Shown piece after piece: positions 23,676 through 36,652 of a stretch of 64,000 bases of DNA. Location of the stretch: the NCBI GenBank assembly GCA_964187785.1, contig OZ076409.1, positions 15,130,001-15,194,000 on the forward strand. Direction: 5' to 3'. The stretch's first letter is position 1. Each line of letters opens with the position of its first letter. The position numbers and the translations under genes are program-made. This stretch comes from Amphiscolops sp. MND2022 (Eukaryota). Below the pieces are notes generated by a model. The model saw nothing but the letters and a program-made list of their open reading frames with translations. It was not told the origin of the DNA and made no database searches.

Positions 23676-26036
23676 ATGTTGACGAACGGTGCAAGAATAA
23701 GAATCGAGCGAATGGTTCGCAATGATAATTTACAAAAGACGAATGTGCAACATGGGTGTGATACGATCCTGGTGGCTGCGGATGAATATTCTCTGATTGT
23801 CCACAGCGAACACCCTCCTAAACTCTGTCCCAAAGCTGCATCCGGGGCAACGTGTAGTGCAACGCAGAAACATGGGAGCTGTGTTGCGTCCGCTCCTAAA
23901 ACTGCCTCTAGGCTCTGTAAGTCAAAGAGTAATTGCTCGCTGGTACCTCCTAGTAGCATAAAGCAATCTGTACTCACAAGTCAAGAAGTAGAAGACCGCG
24001 TCAAGTTTTCTATTTTGTCCTCTGACCAGATTCAGAAGTGTTTAGTATTCAACAGCAAAGACGTTTTAACAGTAGGAGGCAATGATGTTACTTGCGTAGG
24101 GTGTAGAAAAGGGGTGGAGACTTTACTGGACAGCATGAAAAACTTTCCTTTAGCCTGTTTCAGCTGTTTCGAATGTCTCGGGGGAGGCAAGATCAGAATG
24201 AAACCCGGAAGTTTGAAATTCTCAGACAGCTTATATCACAACCTTGCAGTCAGTAAATATCGAATCAAAGAGATATACGACTCAATACCTCGAAGAAATA
24301 AAACGAGATGTGTCTACCATTCCGTTAATCATGACATGGGTGGTGCTAAAGAGGCAGCGGTTCAGTGGAAAGTTTTGTGGGACAATACTTCTCCAGAATG
24401 TCGAAAAGACATCTTGAAAATATCTTACGAAGAACTCAAAAACAGCCACGAAGTGTATGTAAAGAAACACCGGTTCTGCGAAGATTGTCAGGATCACCTT
24501 ATGCATGCATTCAGACTCCTGTTCTACCTTGAAGACTACTCTGAGTTTGAGGACTTTGATCCTGAAATTTACGATTGTCTGACGGTGGAGCAATGCGCAG
24601 CTACTGGCGAGAAGTTCATCTGTGTTCCGGCCGACCTTGACGTGCTCGCAGAAATGATGGATCGTCTGAAGAACCAATTAGATACCAACAATCCCAATGA
24701 AGAACGCCATGCAAGGTCCTTGGATGTTGCCCAGAAGGAGATGGTTCTATGTATTGCAATGTTTATATACAAACGAATCCAGTCAATTGTCATGCGATTT
24801 TCGGCCTTTATCACTTGTGTGGAGCTGCTTCCGCATCTCATTTATTTGACCTTTAGGAAGAAGTTAGAAGAAGCAGTTGAAGACATCGAAGGTCAAATAA
24901 GGATAGAGAAAACTCTTCACGAAATTGCTATGGTTGATGCGAGGTTAGAAGCGCAGAAAGAAAGGAAAAGAGAAAAGAAACGGAATAAGAAAAACCGAAA
25001 CAAGGGTGGCAATCAACTGAAGGAAACAGAAGACTCAGAGCCCCAAGAGAACTTTCAATTGGAAATGTTTCTCTCGGGAGGAACAAAGTCAAGTACAGTC
25101 GTGGGTAAATCAATTAGCGATAACGCATGTATAATTAATCCTAAAACTGACGACACATGTCGCTCTGCTCGCAGTCAGAACCCAGAGACTGCAAAGAGCA
25201 GAGGTTGCAGCACTTCTCCCTATGGCAACTGCTCAGATGGTGGGTACTCCACTGGGGAGAGTGCCAGTCCTCGCACTTGTGGAGCTGCCAATGGCAATCC
25301 TGCCAACTCGAGGAGAAAATCGAATAAAAGCAGTTCGAGTAGCAGTGAATTGTCTTCGAAAAGTGCCACGTCTCCCAGTAATCCGTCAATGTCACCCACC
25401 AGTAGCACATCCCCTGTGAGGACCTCTGTGAATAGTGATAGTAGTAGGAAAAAGGAGAGACTTCGTCCTGACAATAAGACTCAGACAAAAGGCCAAGTTA
25501 TTTCAAGCAAGAAATGCACAAAAACTAGCAATTCCATTCAGAACCAGCCTGGTATGCCCACCAGCAAAAAAGGTCAGAGAAAGGGTGAGGAGAAGAATCA
25601 AGCAAATGTTCGTAAAAGCAAAGAAGGATCCGAGCGAATAGCTTCGAAAGATGAAACGTTGAGTTTGGCTCTCAGCTCGAAGAAGGAAAAGGGTACCACC
25701 GTCTGTAGCAACAATCAGTCATCGAAGACGAAAGGTAACTGTAAACACCAACATGTGTGCTTGTTAGATTATGGATGTTTCGAAGATAGCTGTAACAGTC
25801 AGAAAGTTGCTGATTCAAAAAGACAGTCTGTTGCCAAAAGTTCAACTTCTGTCAAAGTGAGAGCCGCCAACCCTAACGTGGAGACATCGGGCAGTTCTTC
25901 AAATTTCCTAACCGCGGACGAGATAGCGGAGTTCAAGAAGCAACATGGTGACTATTTGAAAAATCGCGACATCATACGGGCGAAAGTAAAGACCCGGTTG
26001 GAGCATAAATTGGAAGTTGGTGCATTAGTGTGTTGA
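23676..26036 (+). CDS. GGNBP2: Gametogenetin-binding protein 2 homolog (single coding ORF, ~786 aa from first ATG)
   Basis: TCVGCRKGVE, RCVYHS, KKHRFCEDC, ERHARSLDVAQKEMVLCIAMFIYKRIQ, a lysine-rich KERKREKKRNKK tract and a C-terminal LTADEIAEFK...R motif. The start codon is uncertain; an acceptor-like tttttcag lies at ~23607. Confidence 0.88.
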   Translation: MLTNGARIRIERMVRNDNLQKTNVQHGCDTILVAADEYSLIVHSEHPPKLCPKAASGATCSATQKHGSCVASAPKTASRLCKSKSNCSLVPPSSIKQSVLTSQEVEDRVKFSILSSDQIQKCLVFNSKDVLTVGGNDVTCVGCRKGVETLLDSMKNFPLACFSCFECLGGGKIRMKPGSLKFSDSLYHNLAVSKYRIKEIYDSIPRRNKTRCVYHSVNHDMGGAKEAAVQWKVLWDNTSPECRKDILKISYEELKNSHEVYVKKHRFCEDCQDHLMHAFRLLFYLEDYSEFEDFDPEIYDCLTVEQCAATGEKFICVPADLDVLAEMMDRLKNQLDTNNPNEERHARSLDVAQKEMVLCIAMFIYKRIQSIVMRFSAFITCVELLPHLIYLTFRKKLEEAVEDIEGQIRIEKTLHEIAMVDARLEAQKERKREKKRNKKNRNKGGNQLKETEDSEPQENFQLEMFLSGGTKSSTVVGKSISDNACIINPKTDDTCRSARSQNPETAKSRGCSTSPYGNCSDGGYSTGESASPRTCGAANGNPANSRRKSNKSSSSSSELSSKSATSPSNPSMSPTSSTSPVRTSVNSDSSRKKERLRPDNKTQTKGQVISSKKCTKTSNSIQNQPGMPTSKKGQRKGEEKNQANVRKSKEGSERIASKDETLSLALSSKKEKGTTVCSNNQSSKTKGNCKHQHVCLLDYGCFEDSCNSQKVADSKRQSVAKSSTSVKVRAANPNVETSGSSSNFLTADEIAEFKKQHGDYLKNRDIIRAKVKTRLEHKLEVGALVC

Positions 26037-26759
26037 GGTGATCTCTGGACCAATCCAATATTTAATTATCTATTGACTGTACATGGAATCATTATTTAAA
26101 TTACTCCTTGTAGCTGCTGGTCAACAACAACCACCAGTTGAACTCGCTCCCTGCCTCGGTTGAGGCTGCTAACTCAACTCATGAATTTTTTGAAGTAGCA
26201 TAAGCTGCTGCTAGTAACTCCTGAAAGTGAGATCAGTTCTGAGTTGCTACGATTTTATAACACCATTTGAACTGGTAGAAGGCTGATTTTTTCCTTCTCC
26301 GCTGATGAAACACTTCTAATGGGTAGTGCAAATGAAGATGATGGTTCTTATATTTCTTGTAATTGCGACTGTGTTGTCAACTCGAATTAGCTATATGGTG
26401 CTAGTGGACCACACGGTTGAGCAGGCTCCTTTAATAAGTTGTATAGTTGATGAAAGATGTAGAAGTTAGTCAAATAAATTATGAAATGAACTAATTCACT
26501 TTATTTTTATCAACCTCGTTTTCATGACCTTCTTCCTCTGATATGCGTCTATAGATTTTTCAGCCCCACCTTCGAGTTTGGCGAAATTGATTTTATGTGG
26601 GGTGTGTTTATTGTCGATTTTTATCAAACAACTCAATTCGTCATAGTCGCGTGGACAACCAGATGTTCGACCAGGGTTGGCCATTCCATGTTTTGAATTG
26701 ATTTTAAACAAGACGCCCGCGGACCAGCGGGATATTTTCCGCACCAAATCTCTTCGAAA

Positions 26760-27435
26760 AAGACTACTGGACAACAAATTTGTTCCTTGTTGACTCTTTT
26801 CAACATTCCAATCTACGAAGTCTGTCGAAAATTTGACAAAAATTGCATAAAAACTTTGAAATTTGGAAAATTTTGGGTTTTTTGTCATTTTCGGTTTGAA
26901 TTTGATATATTTTTCATTTAGAAAACAGCCATTATCTCTTCGGAAAAGCATACTGGACAACGAATTCCTGCCATTCCTGTCACGTTGAGCGTTTTCAACA
27001 TTCTAATCCACGAAATCTATCGAAAATTTGATGAAAATTGCATAAAAACGTTAAAAATCGAAAAATTTTGGTATTTTTTTATCATTTTTGGGGTAATTTT
27101 TTCTTGAAAAAACGCATTTATCTCCTTAAAGAATACTATTGGACAACGAATTCGTGCCTTGTTGAACGTTTTCAACATTCTAATCCACGATGTTTATCGA
27201 AAAAATGACAAAAATTGCATTAAAACGTTAAAAGTCAAAAAAATTTGGAATTTTTGTCATTTTTTTGGTAATTTTTCTTTTTAAAAACCGCATGTATCTC
27301 TTCAGAATACTATTGGACAACGAATTCGTGCCTTGTTGAACGTTTTCAACATTCTAATCGACGATGTTTATCGAAAAAATGGCAAAAAAATGCACGAAAA
27401 CGGTGAAAATTGGGAAAGTTTTGAGTTTTTGTCAT
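26760..27435. repeat. Minisatellite, ~4 diverged copies of a ~175-187-bp unit
   Basis: tggacaac(g/a)aatt...ttttcaacattc..atc...cgaaaa recurs at ~26768, 26953, 27140 and 27314. Confidence 0.8.
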
Positions 27436-27783
27436 TTTCGTGGTCATTATGGGGTCATTTCCGTCATTCCCAAAAAAAGTCCAAAAATCTTTACAAATAC
27501 ATATCGCATGGAACTAAATTGATGTCAGTTGAATTCTGTGAATGTACTTCTTCATATTACGTAAACAATATTTCTTGGCAAATTTTGTAAAAAAAACCGT
27601 TTGATTTAAATATTTTCCTTTCCCATATGAAATATGGGCGGAAAATAACAAACGTTTTAAAACATGTTTAAAATTCCCCCCACAAAAACAAGCTTAGAAG
27701 AATGAATTTATTCGTCATTCAAATTAAAAATAGCTCATTTTGACATTACTCGCTGAATCGAGATTCGAAATGAGTTCATCGTA

Positions 27784-27956
27784 CAGTTGAATCTGCCTAA
27801 TTCGTATCGCTAGGGACCGAATGAAATAGTACCGATAAGAAGAAATACGAATTAACTGTATGATATTACATCGTTCATCGCGAAATGGGGTCTCAGTTAC
27901 ATACGAATTACACGGAGATCCGAATTATCTGGATACGAATTATCCGGAGTTGACTG
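27784..27956. mobile_element. Tc1/mariner-type MITE
   Basis: TA|cagttgaatc ... ggagttgactg|TA, with internal atacgaatta repeats. Confidence 0.55.
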
Positions 27957-30900
27957 TAATTGATTAAAGGCGCCTACTTGTCTGTTTACATCGATTACAT
28001 GATCATGAAATATAAAACCTTTGATCGGAATATATTTTATTCAAAATGAAAGTTTGAAACCCATGTTTTATATTGGCGCAACCCTCGTGTTCGACAGCTG
28101 TAAAGAAGAACAATGCGTAGTTTAATCAACAAGCCGAGATCAGAATGAGTCGGCGCCCCGCTCAAGACTCGAAATGAAGTAGTTTCGTAATTATGTCTGC
28201 GTGATTTCCAAGAAAATTCTTGAACATCTCAGTGCTGAAAAATATCCGTATGGGATTCTTTTGGCCCCTAGTGCTTTATCGATCAAATAAAATGAAGAAT
28301 TTTTTTAGAGAAGGGCACATCCCAGACTTCCGTTTTGGATGCTCTAGAGATCTTCAGCGAAAAATTTAGAAATTTTTTCGTCAGTTCTGGTGGATTGAAC
28401 AAAATATAAAACCGATGGAAAACTCCTATAATAGTCGGGCTATATTTCAATTAGCGCCAACTAAAAACGGAAAAAGTTGACAGTTCTGAATTATGGTTGA
28501 AGTTTAACTTCCGGTGGAGCATATTGTTATCTCGATGGCACTCAACTCGATGAAAACCAGGTCGCCTGTTAAAACCGGGATATTTTTAGTCCTCCCACAT
28601 ATTCTTCATTAACTTTTCAAATTTCGGTTCCATTGCTAGTCTGCCTAGCGTTTCGGCAATCTTAAGCTCGCTAGGCACCTTTGTTGAAACTTCTAATATT
28701 CATTGATGGCAGGAAGAAGTTTACTTTAAATTTACTTCAACTCTTGAATTTTTTTTCAAAAGAGCCATTGAATTTTCTTTCCCATCGAACAGTATAAACA
28801 CTTGTGCAAGCTCATTCTTCTGTAGAGGTGCCGGCGTTGCTAGTACTCCATATGCTTCAATTATTTGGCTGTCGGGAAAAGCCGCTTGTGTCAAAAAAAC
28901 ACACTTTCATGCTGTAGAAAAAACATCTTTTGCTTTATTAATTCAAAAATCTTTATCTAAGTTGTCAGTTTTGATGTTGGCTTTTCTGATGTTTTCTGTT
29001 GTATTTTGCAAAATTGCTAATTCAACATTGGTCGTCGTTTGGTAGATGTTTGAATTGGAATATTGAAACAGCTTCAATGCTGTTTTGATAATTCTTCATG
29101 CTACTTTTGGACAAGCTGCCAGTTGAGATAGTCAGACCCTATGTCAGATTGGTTTTATTGAAAGAGGCATTATCAATAATGAAGGACAGCGTCAGTAGAA
29201 AGAATTTTGATTCGAAGCACTGTTTAAATTCTGTATTTTCAAATTAGTTTGGACGGCTTGCAGCGCTGTTAGAAACGGCTACGAATTCATTGTTTGCTCA
29301 ATGGTAAAAAGTGTTACTCTACGGCAGCTGCTTCTAGCTGGCTTTGTATTTCGAACATTACCATAACAGGTTTTGTGTACCGGATCCATTCGACAACCTT
29401 CCAGGGTCGAAGCACGATTGGTTTGATCGCAAACTGCAACACTCTTGTCAGCGTTGACCTTTGTTCAGTCTTTTTGTACTTTTTATTCTAAGTGCTTCCT
29501 ATCTGTGCATGAGAAATCTCACCACTATTTCACAGTAAGTACTGCTAACTGTTTTGGAAAATAAGGTCCCATAAAACTTGCATCGTTTTGTTTGGCGAAA
29601 CTAGAAAAACTAGAGCCAGCTTCTTTTTTGTTCGGATAATGATTGAAATTACATTTTGACAGATTTTTAGCCCAAGACCTAGAAAGCATCAAAAAGAGCC
29701 CAGGCCTCCCCTTTGATTGATAAGTATTTTTCCGTGAAATACAAATTTTCGAATTTATCTTCATTTCACCAAAGAGTCCTCCACAGATTTGGATGTTTTT
29801 AGTTAACAAAAAGCATTTTCTTTGCCCAAAGAAGACTGTTTGGATATTTTTCGGCACTGAGTGAGTTTTCCGAATTTTCAAGAAACTACCTTGAGGCATA
29901 TTTAAAAAGACTTGCGTTTTGAGCCGTGAAAGGGGCGCCGACTCGGCGTTTCGTGGTTTGTTTTATCATTTGGTAACTAGTATATTCCCCTGGGGCATAT
30001 TTGTTTGACCTATTTAACTACTTTCGGCCATTTTTCGAAGGTTCCGAGATGATTTTTGACATGGTACCGAAAAATTTTTGTTCAAGTTTTGGATCCCGAT
30101 AGTTCCAAATTTTTTTAGTTCACTGTCCGCCAAGTCAAAGAAACTGTGGGCCCATTTTAGTTTCGAAATCGTTTGAAAAAATATGAAATTAAGGAGCATT
30201 TTTCGGTGTAGCAGTTAGTTTGAAAAAAGTCGCAGGTCCGAGCAACTCTATAACAATGTTGTCGATATGTCTTTACCTATAATAGAGAACTGAAAAATTT
30301 GTTACCCAAGTACGTAAACCGAATAAGTTGTTTAAAAATTGTCTACGTTATATTCGATTTACTTTTACTTCGTAATCATTATATAAGAAAATGCAATAGG
30401 AATGGTACATTTTGGGATGATTTTGGAAAAAAAATTGAAAGATAGCGGATTCGAACCCACGTAATTCTGAGTCTCTTATCCGTTCTAAAGAAATTCTTTA
30501 AGAAAAAAGTGGTTGTAATAGTCAGACCCTTTAGTTGACTAAAATGCGTTTCGCTACATTGTGAGCGATTGTGAAATTCGTTATTTAGCAGTTAAAGTTA
30601 ACTATGTCAAAACCCCGATCAACACGTCCTTTTTCTCGACACGTAACAGCTTTTTCTTCACCCTCAGCTCAATCATGTTTACCATACCGTTGTAAAGTAT
30701 ACTTTCCAGCGTTAGACAGTGACAATTTCATTAAGCTCACCTTTATTCGATATTCGATTTTGTTTCTACACGTGTTCCATGATCTAGTTTTTTCTCGTCT
30801 ATCTCTCAAGGTTTTTTGAAAAAAAAACGTACTGAATGTTGATTCAACGTATAATATCAAATAACAAGAGTCGTGGCGCCTTGATTGCTCCAAGAAGACT

Positions 30901-31258
30901 CTCTCACGTTTTTTCAATGAAGTTTGTCTGTTTTTGTCTGAATTCGTTGAAATTTGGGCTTATGTTTCTGTTATATATTTTCCCCTTGAGATACGCATCG
31001 TGTTTGACTCTTGATTACGCATCGTGATTGTAGAATCCTTCGATGTGAATCCTTTTTTTTTCAGTTTATTTAATGTAGATGTTAGCTTTGGCACTCTTAT
31101 ATACTTATAATCTCATATTGGAATGAAGGGTCAGCAGTGATCGATGTTGATGCTCTCTAGCCGGGAAGCAACACAGATCGACAAGATTACCCTGAGCAAC
31201 AGATTATGTGGTGTGGTCTGGCGTCGACCACAGAGTGAGGACAGAGAAACTCGATTGT

Positions 31259-31369
31259 ATGGAAGATTCGGTTGGTGCACATCGTCATGGTGTTTGTGGA
31301 CCATCGATGACTAACTCTGGCCTACCACCGGAACCTCCACGTGACAACACCAGGGCCCGCACCCAGAAG
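31259..31369 (+). CDS. DPP9: Dipeptidyl peptidase 8/9, putative first coding exon
   Basis: MEDSVGAHRH...RARTQK followed by AAG|GTAACT (phase 0), which fits the next exon. Start codon inferred. Confidence 0.55.
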
Positions 31370-32360
31370 GTAACTGGCGAAAAAAATATTGGAAAAAGTG
31401 ATGTTTATTTTCATCGGCCGATGCTTCATTGAAAAAGGAATCAAGAAAGTGGCCTTTTTGAAATAGAATTAGTATAAATCTCAAATTGTGACCATCGGTG
31501 TTTTTGGTTTTTCGAGTCCGCTCATTACATTTCGAACTACCGCAAGGTTCCTGAGTGGAATAAAATCAATAGTGATAGTGGTACTAAAACACATTTGAAG
31601 AAAATCGAAGCTGCATGAGTTTGAATTAGCGCTAGGAGCTCGTTCAATGTATAATTCCAAATATGAAACCGGTAATCCGTCGCTCAAAATCAATGCACTA
31701 TCTTTAAATTTCATCGGAGAAGTGATTTGGGTAATATTTTGAATTGATATTGCCTACTATCTCTGTCTATCCACAAGGACTACGAATTGGCTACCCTACG
31801 TGTAGTAACTTGAATCTGTATCCATGTTGTAGCAAGTTTTTGCGAAGTCTTGAGTTTACAAGCCAGTGTTAAATCTTGAAACTTCGGTTTTTTTTCAGAA
31901 TTTCCAGGTAGTATTTCGTGGCAGTGGTGTTTTTTTTCTGATGGTCCACTTCTCAACAGTTCGTTCACACCGCCAGTAGTTAGGATGGGCGGGTGCTTCC
32001 CAAGCAGGTGGTCGTCGGTTCGATGCCTGCCGAGGACTAAATATCTTTGCAAACCTTGACTTTTCAAAGGGTCCTTCCCTTTGGGTTTTTTCTGCACTAT
32101 TGACTTTTTCCAAAATATTTTTTCAAAGGTTTCACTTTTCGGTTTCTTCCGTGTCTCAACTTCCAGAAAGATGTTTTTCAAACCTAAATTTCCCATTTTT
32201 AATTTTTCGGAACTGTTCAACTTTTTTCAAAAATTCCCCTTCGAAAACTGGTTTTTTCCCAAACGATGTGTTTTTTGAGCCTTAAACGGGCACCTAATTG
32301 AGACGTTGCCGTCTTGTTTAATGATCATAGTCCGTTAATTCTCATTGATGTCCTTTTCAG

Positions 32361-32725
32361 TACACGTGGAGCCAGCTAAACCAATTTGTACGGGCCAACC
32401 ATCAAAACTACTCTAGCGTAAACTTCAGGGTTCCGTCCGCATTCACTTTTGCGGAAATAACGTCGAATCAGCCTACAACTACAACTGCCAATGGCTCATC
32501 CGAGGAACGCGGGCAAGGTGAATCGTCTGGAGACGGGGGACAACAACCCAGTAACGCCAGCAACAGCCATGAAAGACTTTACTATTTGGGACATAACGAG
32601 TTCTCGAGAGAACAGACTATTCAATACATAGATTTGCCTGATTTCAATATCAAAGATTGGTCTAAACTACCTGGGTTCCCGCAGCCGCGAAGTCTCCTAG
32701 GGTCCTGGATTGACGGGTCTGCGCC
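32361..32725 (+). CDS. DPP9: DPP8/9 exon 2
   Basis: YTWSQLNQFV...VPSAFTF...HERLYYLG..SREQTIQYIDLP matches the DPP8/9 N-terminal domain. Acceptor ttttcag, donor gtaag (phase 2). Not in the ORF track. Confidence 0.85.
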
Positions 32726-33317
32726 GTAAGTTTCATATCAGCCATGTTTTGCCGTGAACGCATTTTGAGATACAGGAATTGTGATTTGAAGGTAATTTTT
32801 TCTCGGCCAATTTCCTCAAATTTTTTCTCTGCATAACAATTTTCGATGATACAAAATATGTTTCCAGTCGCAGAGCGATACTTGAGTCTTTTGATTGAAG
32901 CTGTCGGTTTGGTTGAAAATTGAACAGCGTATGCTGAAGCCGAAAAGAAAAAGTACACAGAAAAATTTAAAATACTTTCCTTAGTATTCCGTCTGAATTT
33001 TGAAGAAAATTTCGATCATTTTAAGCCGTTTTCTGTTTTGCTTTCTTTTGAAGGATTTGTTTTAAATCAATCTTGTTGCATTATTGGGTAAGGATCTGTT
33101 GAGATTGACACGCTATGTGTCGTATCGGATCCCTTTCAATGTTGCTACTCCCTTCGTTATTTCATATTTATGATAATTTGCATTATTTTGAAGAAACCTT
33201 TAATAATGATAATAATATGTTCATTACCGTTTAACTTTTCAAGAATTTCATCTCAGTCTCATGCTAGGGTTTCTTGTACTCCGTAAGCCTTGTTTCTGAA
33301 TTATCTTCTTGTTTTAG

Positions 33318-33492
33318 GTTTTCGAGTTCCAGAGGTGCTAAGAATTGGAACTTTCCGGCATTTAGCACAAGATATTCTCAGCAGCCGAAAGAAGAACAGT
33401 TGATAAGAGAACGGAAACGATTACCATCGATTGGTATCACTCAATTCGAATCCGATCCGAAATGTGAAACAATAGTGTTCCTCAATTCAAAA
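33318..33492 (+). CDS. DPP9: DPP8/9 exon 3
   Basis: KEEQLIRERKRLPSIGITQFE (DPP8/9 EEELLRERKR..GITSY). Acceptor ttttag, donor gtaatc. Confidence 0.88.
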
Positions 33493-33802
33493 GTAATCTC
33501 ATTCTTATCAATTAGTTTGCTGACTCAGAAGCCAGGCAAAGTGTTTGGTATCCTCTTGGGTTGATGATGATTAAATGAACCACAGATTAAGATCAGTTTC
33601 ATGCAAACAAATTCTAGTACAGAGCAGACAACTATATTTTTGCATTGTGCCTAATTTTATGACGTCTGCCAATCTCTATTCTGTTTGCTAAATGCCTACA
33701 GTCTCTATGACCCGACGAACGTGTGTTAAGATTACATTGGCTTCTATGTCTGAGAAGCATGTCTCAAATTGCTCATCGATTTCATGAAAAATTGTTTAAC
33801 CT

Positions 33803-34258
33803 TTTTTAGTCGGCGCTTTTCCTGAAAAGAGCCGACTATAGTCATGGCTTTTCGTCAGTGTTTTTTAAATATTTTTTAAGACCACCTGAAATGACCAAAA
33901 TAGTTCTACCAAAAGTTCTACAAAATTTCAAATTTCACCTTTTGGTCCAGGGAACTGAACCAAAAAGGTTTCCCGCGTAACATACAATACCGGACGAGAC
34001 CAAAGGGTCCCCCTGTAGATTTTTTCGGCGCTGTGCGACTTTTTTTTCAAATTTTTTTCCTACCAAAGGGTCCCCCTTCAATTTTTTGGTTTTGCAACAG
34101 AATGTATGTTGGAAAATCCCAAAGGGTCCTACCTTTCAGTTTTTTCGGCATTGTGAGACTTTTTAATTTTTTTCATAAAAGGTTCCAAATTCACCAATAT
34201 TTTGACTCTTTGAAGTCCTTTTGCTATTTTTGAGCCTGAGATATGGCGCCGACTTGTT
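33803..34258 (+). mobile_element. Helentron/DINE-like dispersed non-autonomous element (representative copy)
   Basis: 5' T-run plus stem-loop tagtcggc...gccgacta, internal aaagggtccccc repeats, and 3' ttttgagcc.....gcgccgactt...ttgtt. About 15 related copies lie between 28 and 61 kb. Confidence 0.6.
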
Positions 34259-34807
34259 CTAACCAGCTACTTGTCTGTCAGGATGAAAATAACAGAAGTA
34301 TTCCAACAGCATAACAATAGAATATCCGCCACAAAATTTAAGTTTGAAGACTTTCCAAAGTTCAAAGTTCAAGCCTAGTAGTAGTCTACAGCTTTGTCAC
34401 GCCATTTGGACTAACCATCAAGGAGCGGCTTGAAAAGTTCGAGGGTTCGAATCCCGATCAGGGCAAAAAATTCAAATGCTGTTTTCTGATATAACAACGT
34501 GTAAAACAAAAAAGCACTATATGCGAATCATTGATGTATCCGATTTATATCATTTGCAAGGAAGAAAATAAGAATTCGAGTCTAGGCACTGTCGAACATT
34601 TGTATCTTTTCATATTGAACTATACTAATACATTTTTTTGGTGTTTCGACTCTTTTTTTTTTGTGGGTTTTTCATTTATAGTCTTGAGCATATCTTAAAA
34701 CTTGCGCTTTTTGAGCTTCAAGTGGGGCGCCGACTTGAACCGTTCCCGTTTTGTTTTTAAATTAACCAGTCGTTTAATAGCGGCCTCAGTTGTTGCATGT
34801 GTTACAG

Positions 34808-35227
34808 GCGTTATACCATTGCAGACCAAGAGCTAAGGACAGACTGAGTCCAACACTGAACTCTTTGACCCGACCTCACGGAGCACCTTCATACCCTAGT
34901 GTTTGTCCTTCGAACTCTGACCTTTTGGCTTTTATATCACATCGAGACATCTACGTTTACTACACAAAATTTAGTTACCCGGAAGTTAGGTTGACATTCA
35001 CATACAAACACCCAAAATCGCCTCACTGTTTCTCATTTTTTGACAGCGAGGATTCCAGTCCAGATGCTTTGTTTCCTGAATCACATTCACTGAGCGCAGG
35101 TGTTCCTAGTTTCGTGGCTCAGGAGGAGTTTGATAGGTACGTGGGCTACTGGTGGCAGCCTGAAGCAACGGTTTATATTGAAGAAGATGGGACTGAATGC
35201 GCACTGTACAAAATTGTATATGAAGAG
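34808..35227 (+). CDS. DPP9: DPP8/9 exon 4
   Basis: SAGVPSFVAQEEFDRYVGYWWQP contains the substrate-binding EE motif; ends ...YKIVYEE|gttagt. Confidence 0.92.
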
Positions 35228-36652
35228 GTTAGTTGATAATAAGTTTCTTCAATGTATTGCATGACTGTAAGTGTCTCCGAAGTTTCTTCAAATGTCTCAT
35301 TCGCAACTGTAACGAATGCCCCTTTTTGCGGCTAGCAATTGCTTTTTGAAACATGCTTCATAATCTTTCCTTTTGTATTTTATTAGATACGGGTTTTGAA
35401 AGATTGCCCACTCTACTATTTCCCGTTTTCAAGGGCAATTCGTTTCAAGGGCGTTTCATTTTTGGGCTTTGAGATCAACGAGTATAACTTCCCCCTTTGG
35501 AGTTCTTTTGTGCGCAAATACGATAACTGTTTCATTGCGTTTTTTGAATGGCCCATCTAACAAAACAATACGGAACCAGCAAGGGGTCGCTCTTACCCCC
35601 GTTCCGTTAGTATGGGACTTTGTCAATTTTCCCTTCCTTTTTTGACGCATTTCTGCATTAAACGTGAACCAATGCAATTTTGCGTGAGTTGTTTTTTTCT
35701 GCGTTTTTGCAGGATATTTTCCGAGCTCTTCTGGAGTTGCTTTTTTGCTACAATCATTTATTAATGAGCCTCGAACTCGAATAATGTACCCATTTTTTTT
35801 CATCCCATTTAGACAAAACTTCGACCAATTTAGACAACTTCGAGCAAATTGAACTGCAGCAATAACTTCATTTAAATTGATCATAACTTGAGTTCAACCA
35901 AATTCGACAAACTTCAAGCAAATTAACCATACTTTGAATAGATACATTTTAGTCATATTTGCTGTTATTTTGCGAGGCACTAGCGAGGGATGTAGCTCAA
36001 AGTCTTATTGTACCAAACTGCACATTTGTCGGGAGTTACCACGAAGGCAGAACTTTTGATAATTGCTTTCATTAGCTGAAACCTATACAGCCCTAAGTCA
36101 ATTTCAAACCCATTAGGAAATCCTCATTGCTGTTACTTGCCTGCAAAATTCTTCTTCGGTTGTCATTTGAAATGTTTTGTAACTTGCCATGCTTGAAAGC
36201 TGCTAATATAAAGCGGAAACTGCACGGAGAACCGACCAAACTGAGTCTGTTCAATTTGCTTGAAGATTGATCATATTGCTTGAAGTTTGTTCATTTGAAA
36301 TGAAGATTGTCTAACTTGAAATTGTGACGAATTGGGATGAAAAAGGTATACTAATTCATTTTACTCGAATAAATTTTCCTACCTACCACGTGTTTTTGTG
36401 TTTTTGGTGCTCGCTTGAATACTTCAACGTATACAAACATAATCATTTGGGAAAAAAGAAATTACCAGTATGAAAATAGAAAAATTAAAGTTGTTGGAAA
36501 CAATTTCAACGTCTTGGAAAATTTCCGCTATGCCTCTTGTGGAGCCATCTCTCTGCTGCTAATATAAATTTCGTTAACGATGAAAAAGTACTCATAAGTG
36601 ATAAGAAGTTTGTCAGCGTGATGTTAATGTTTCAGTTGTGATATCATTTCAG

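Noticed and set aside
26760..27435. CRISPR or coding repeat (ORF 26496..26960)
   Set aside because: Whole ~180-bp units are homologous, so this is a minisatellite with no unique spacers; the ORF is incidental.
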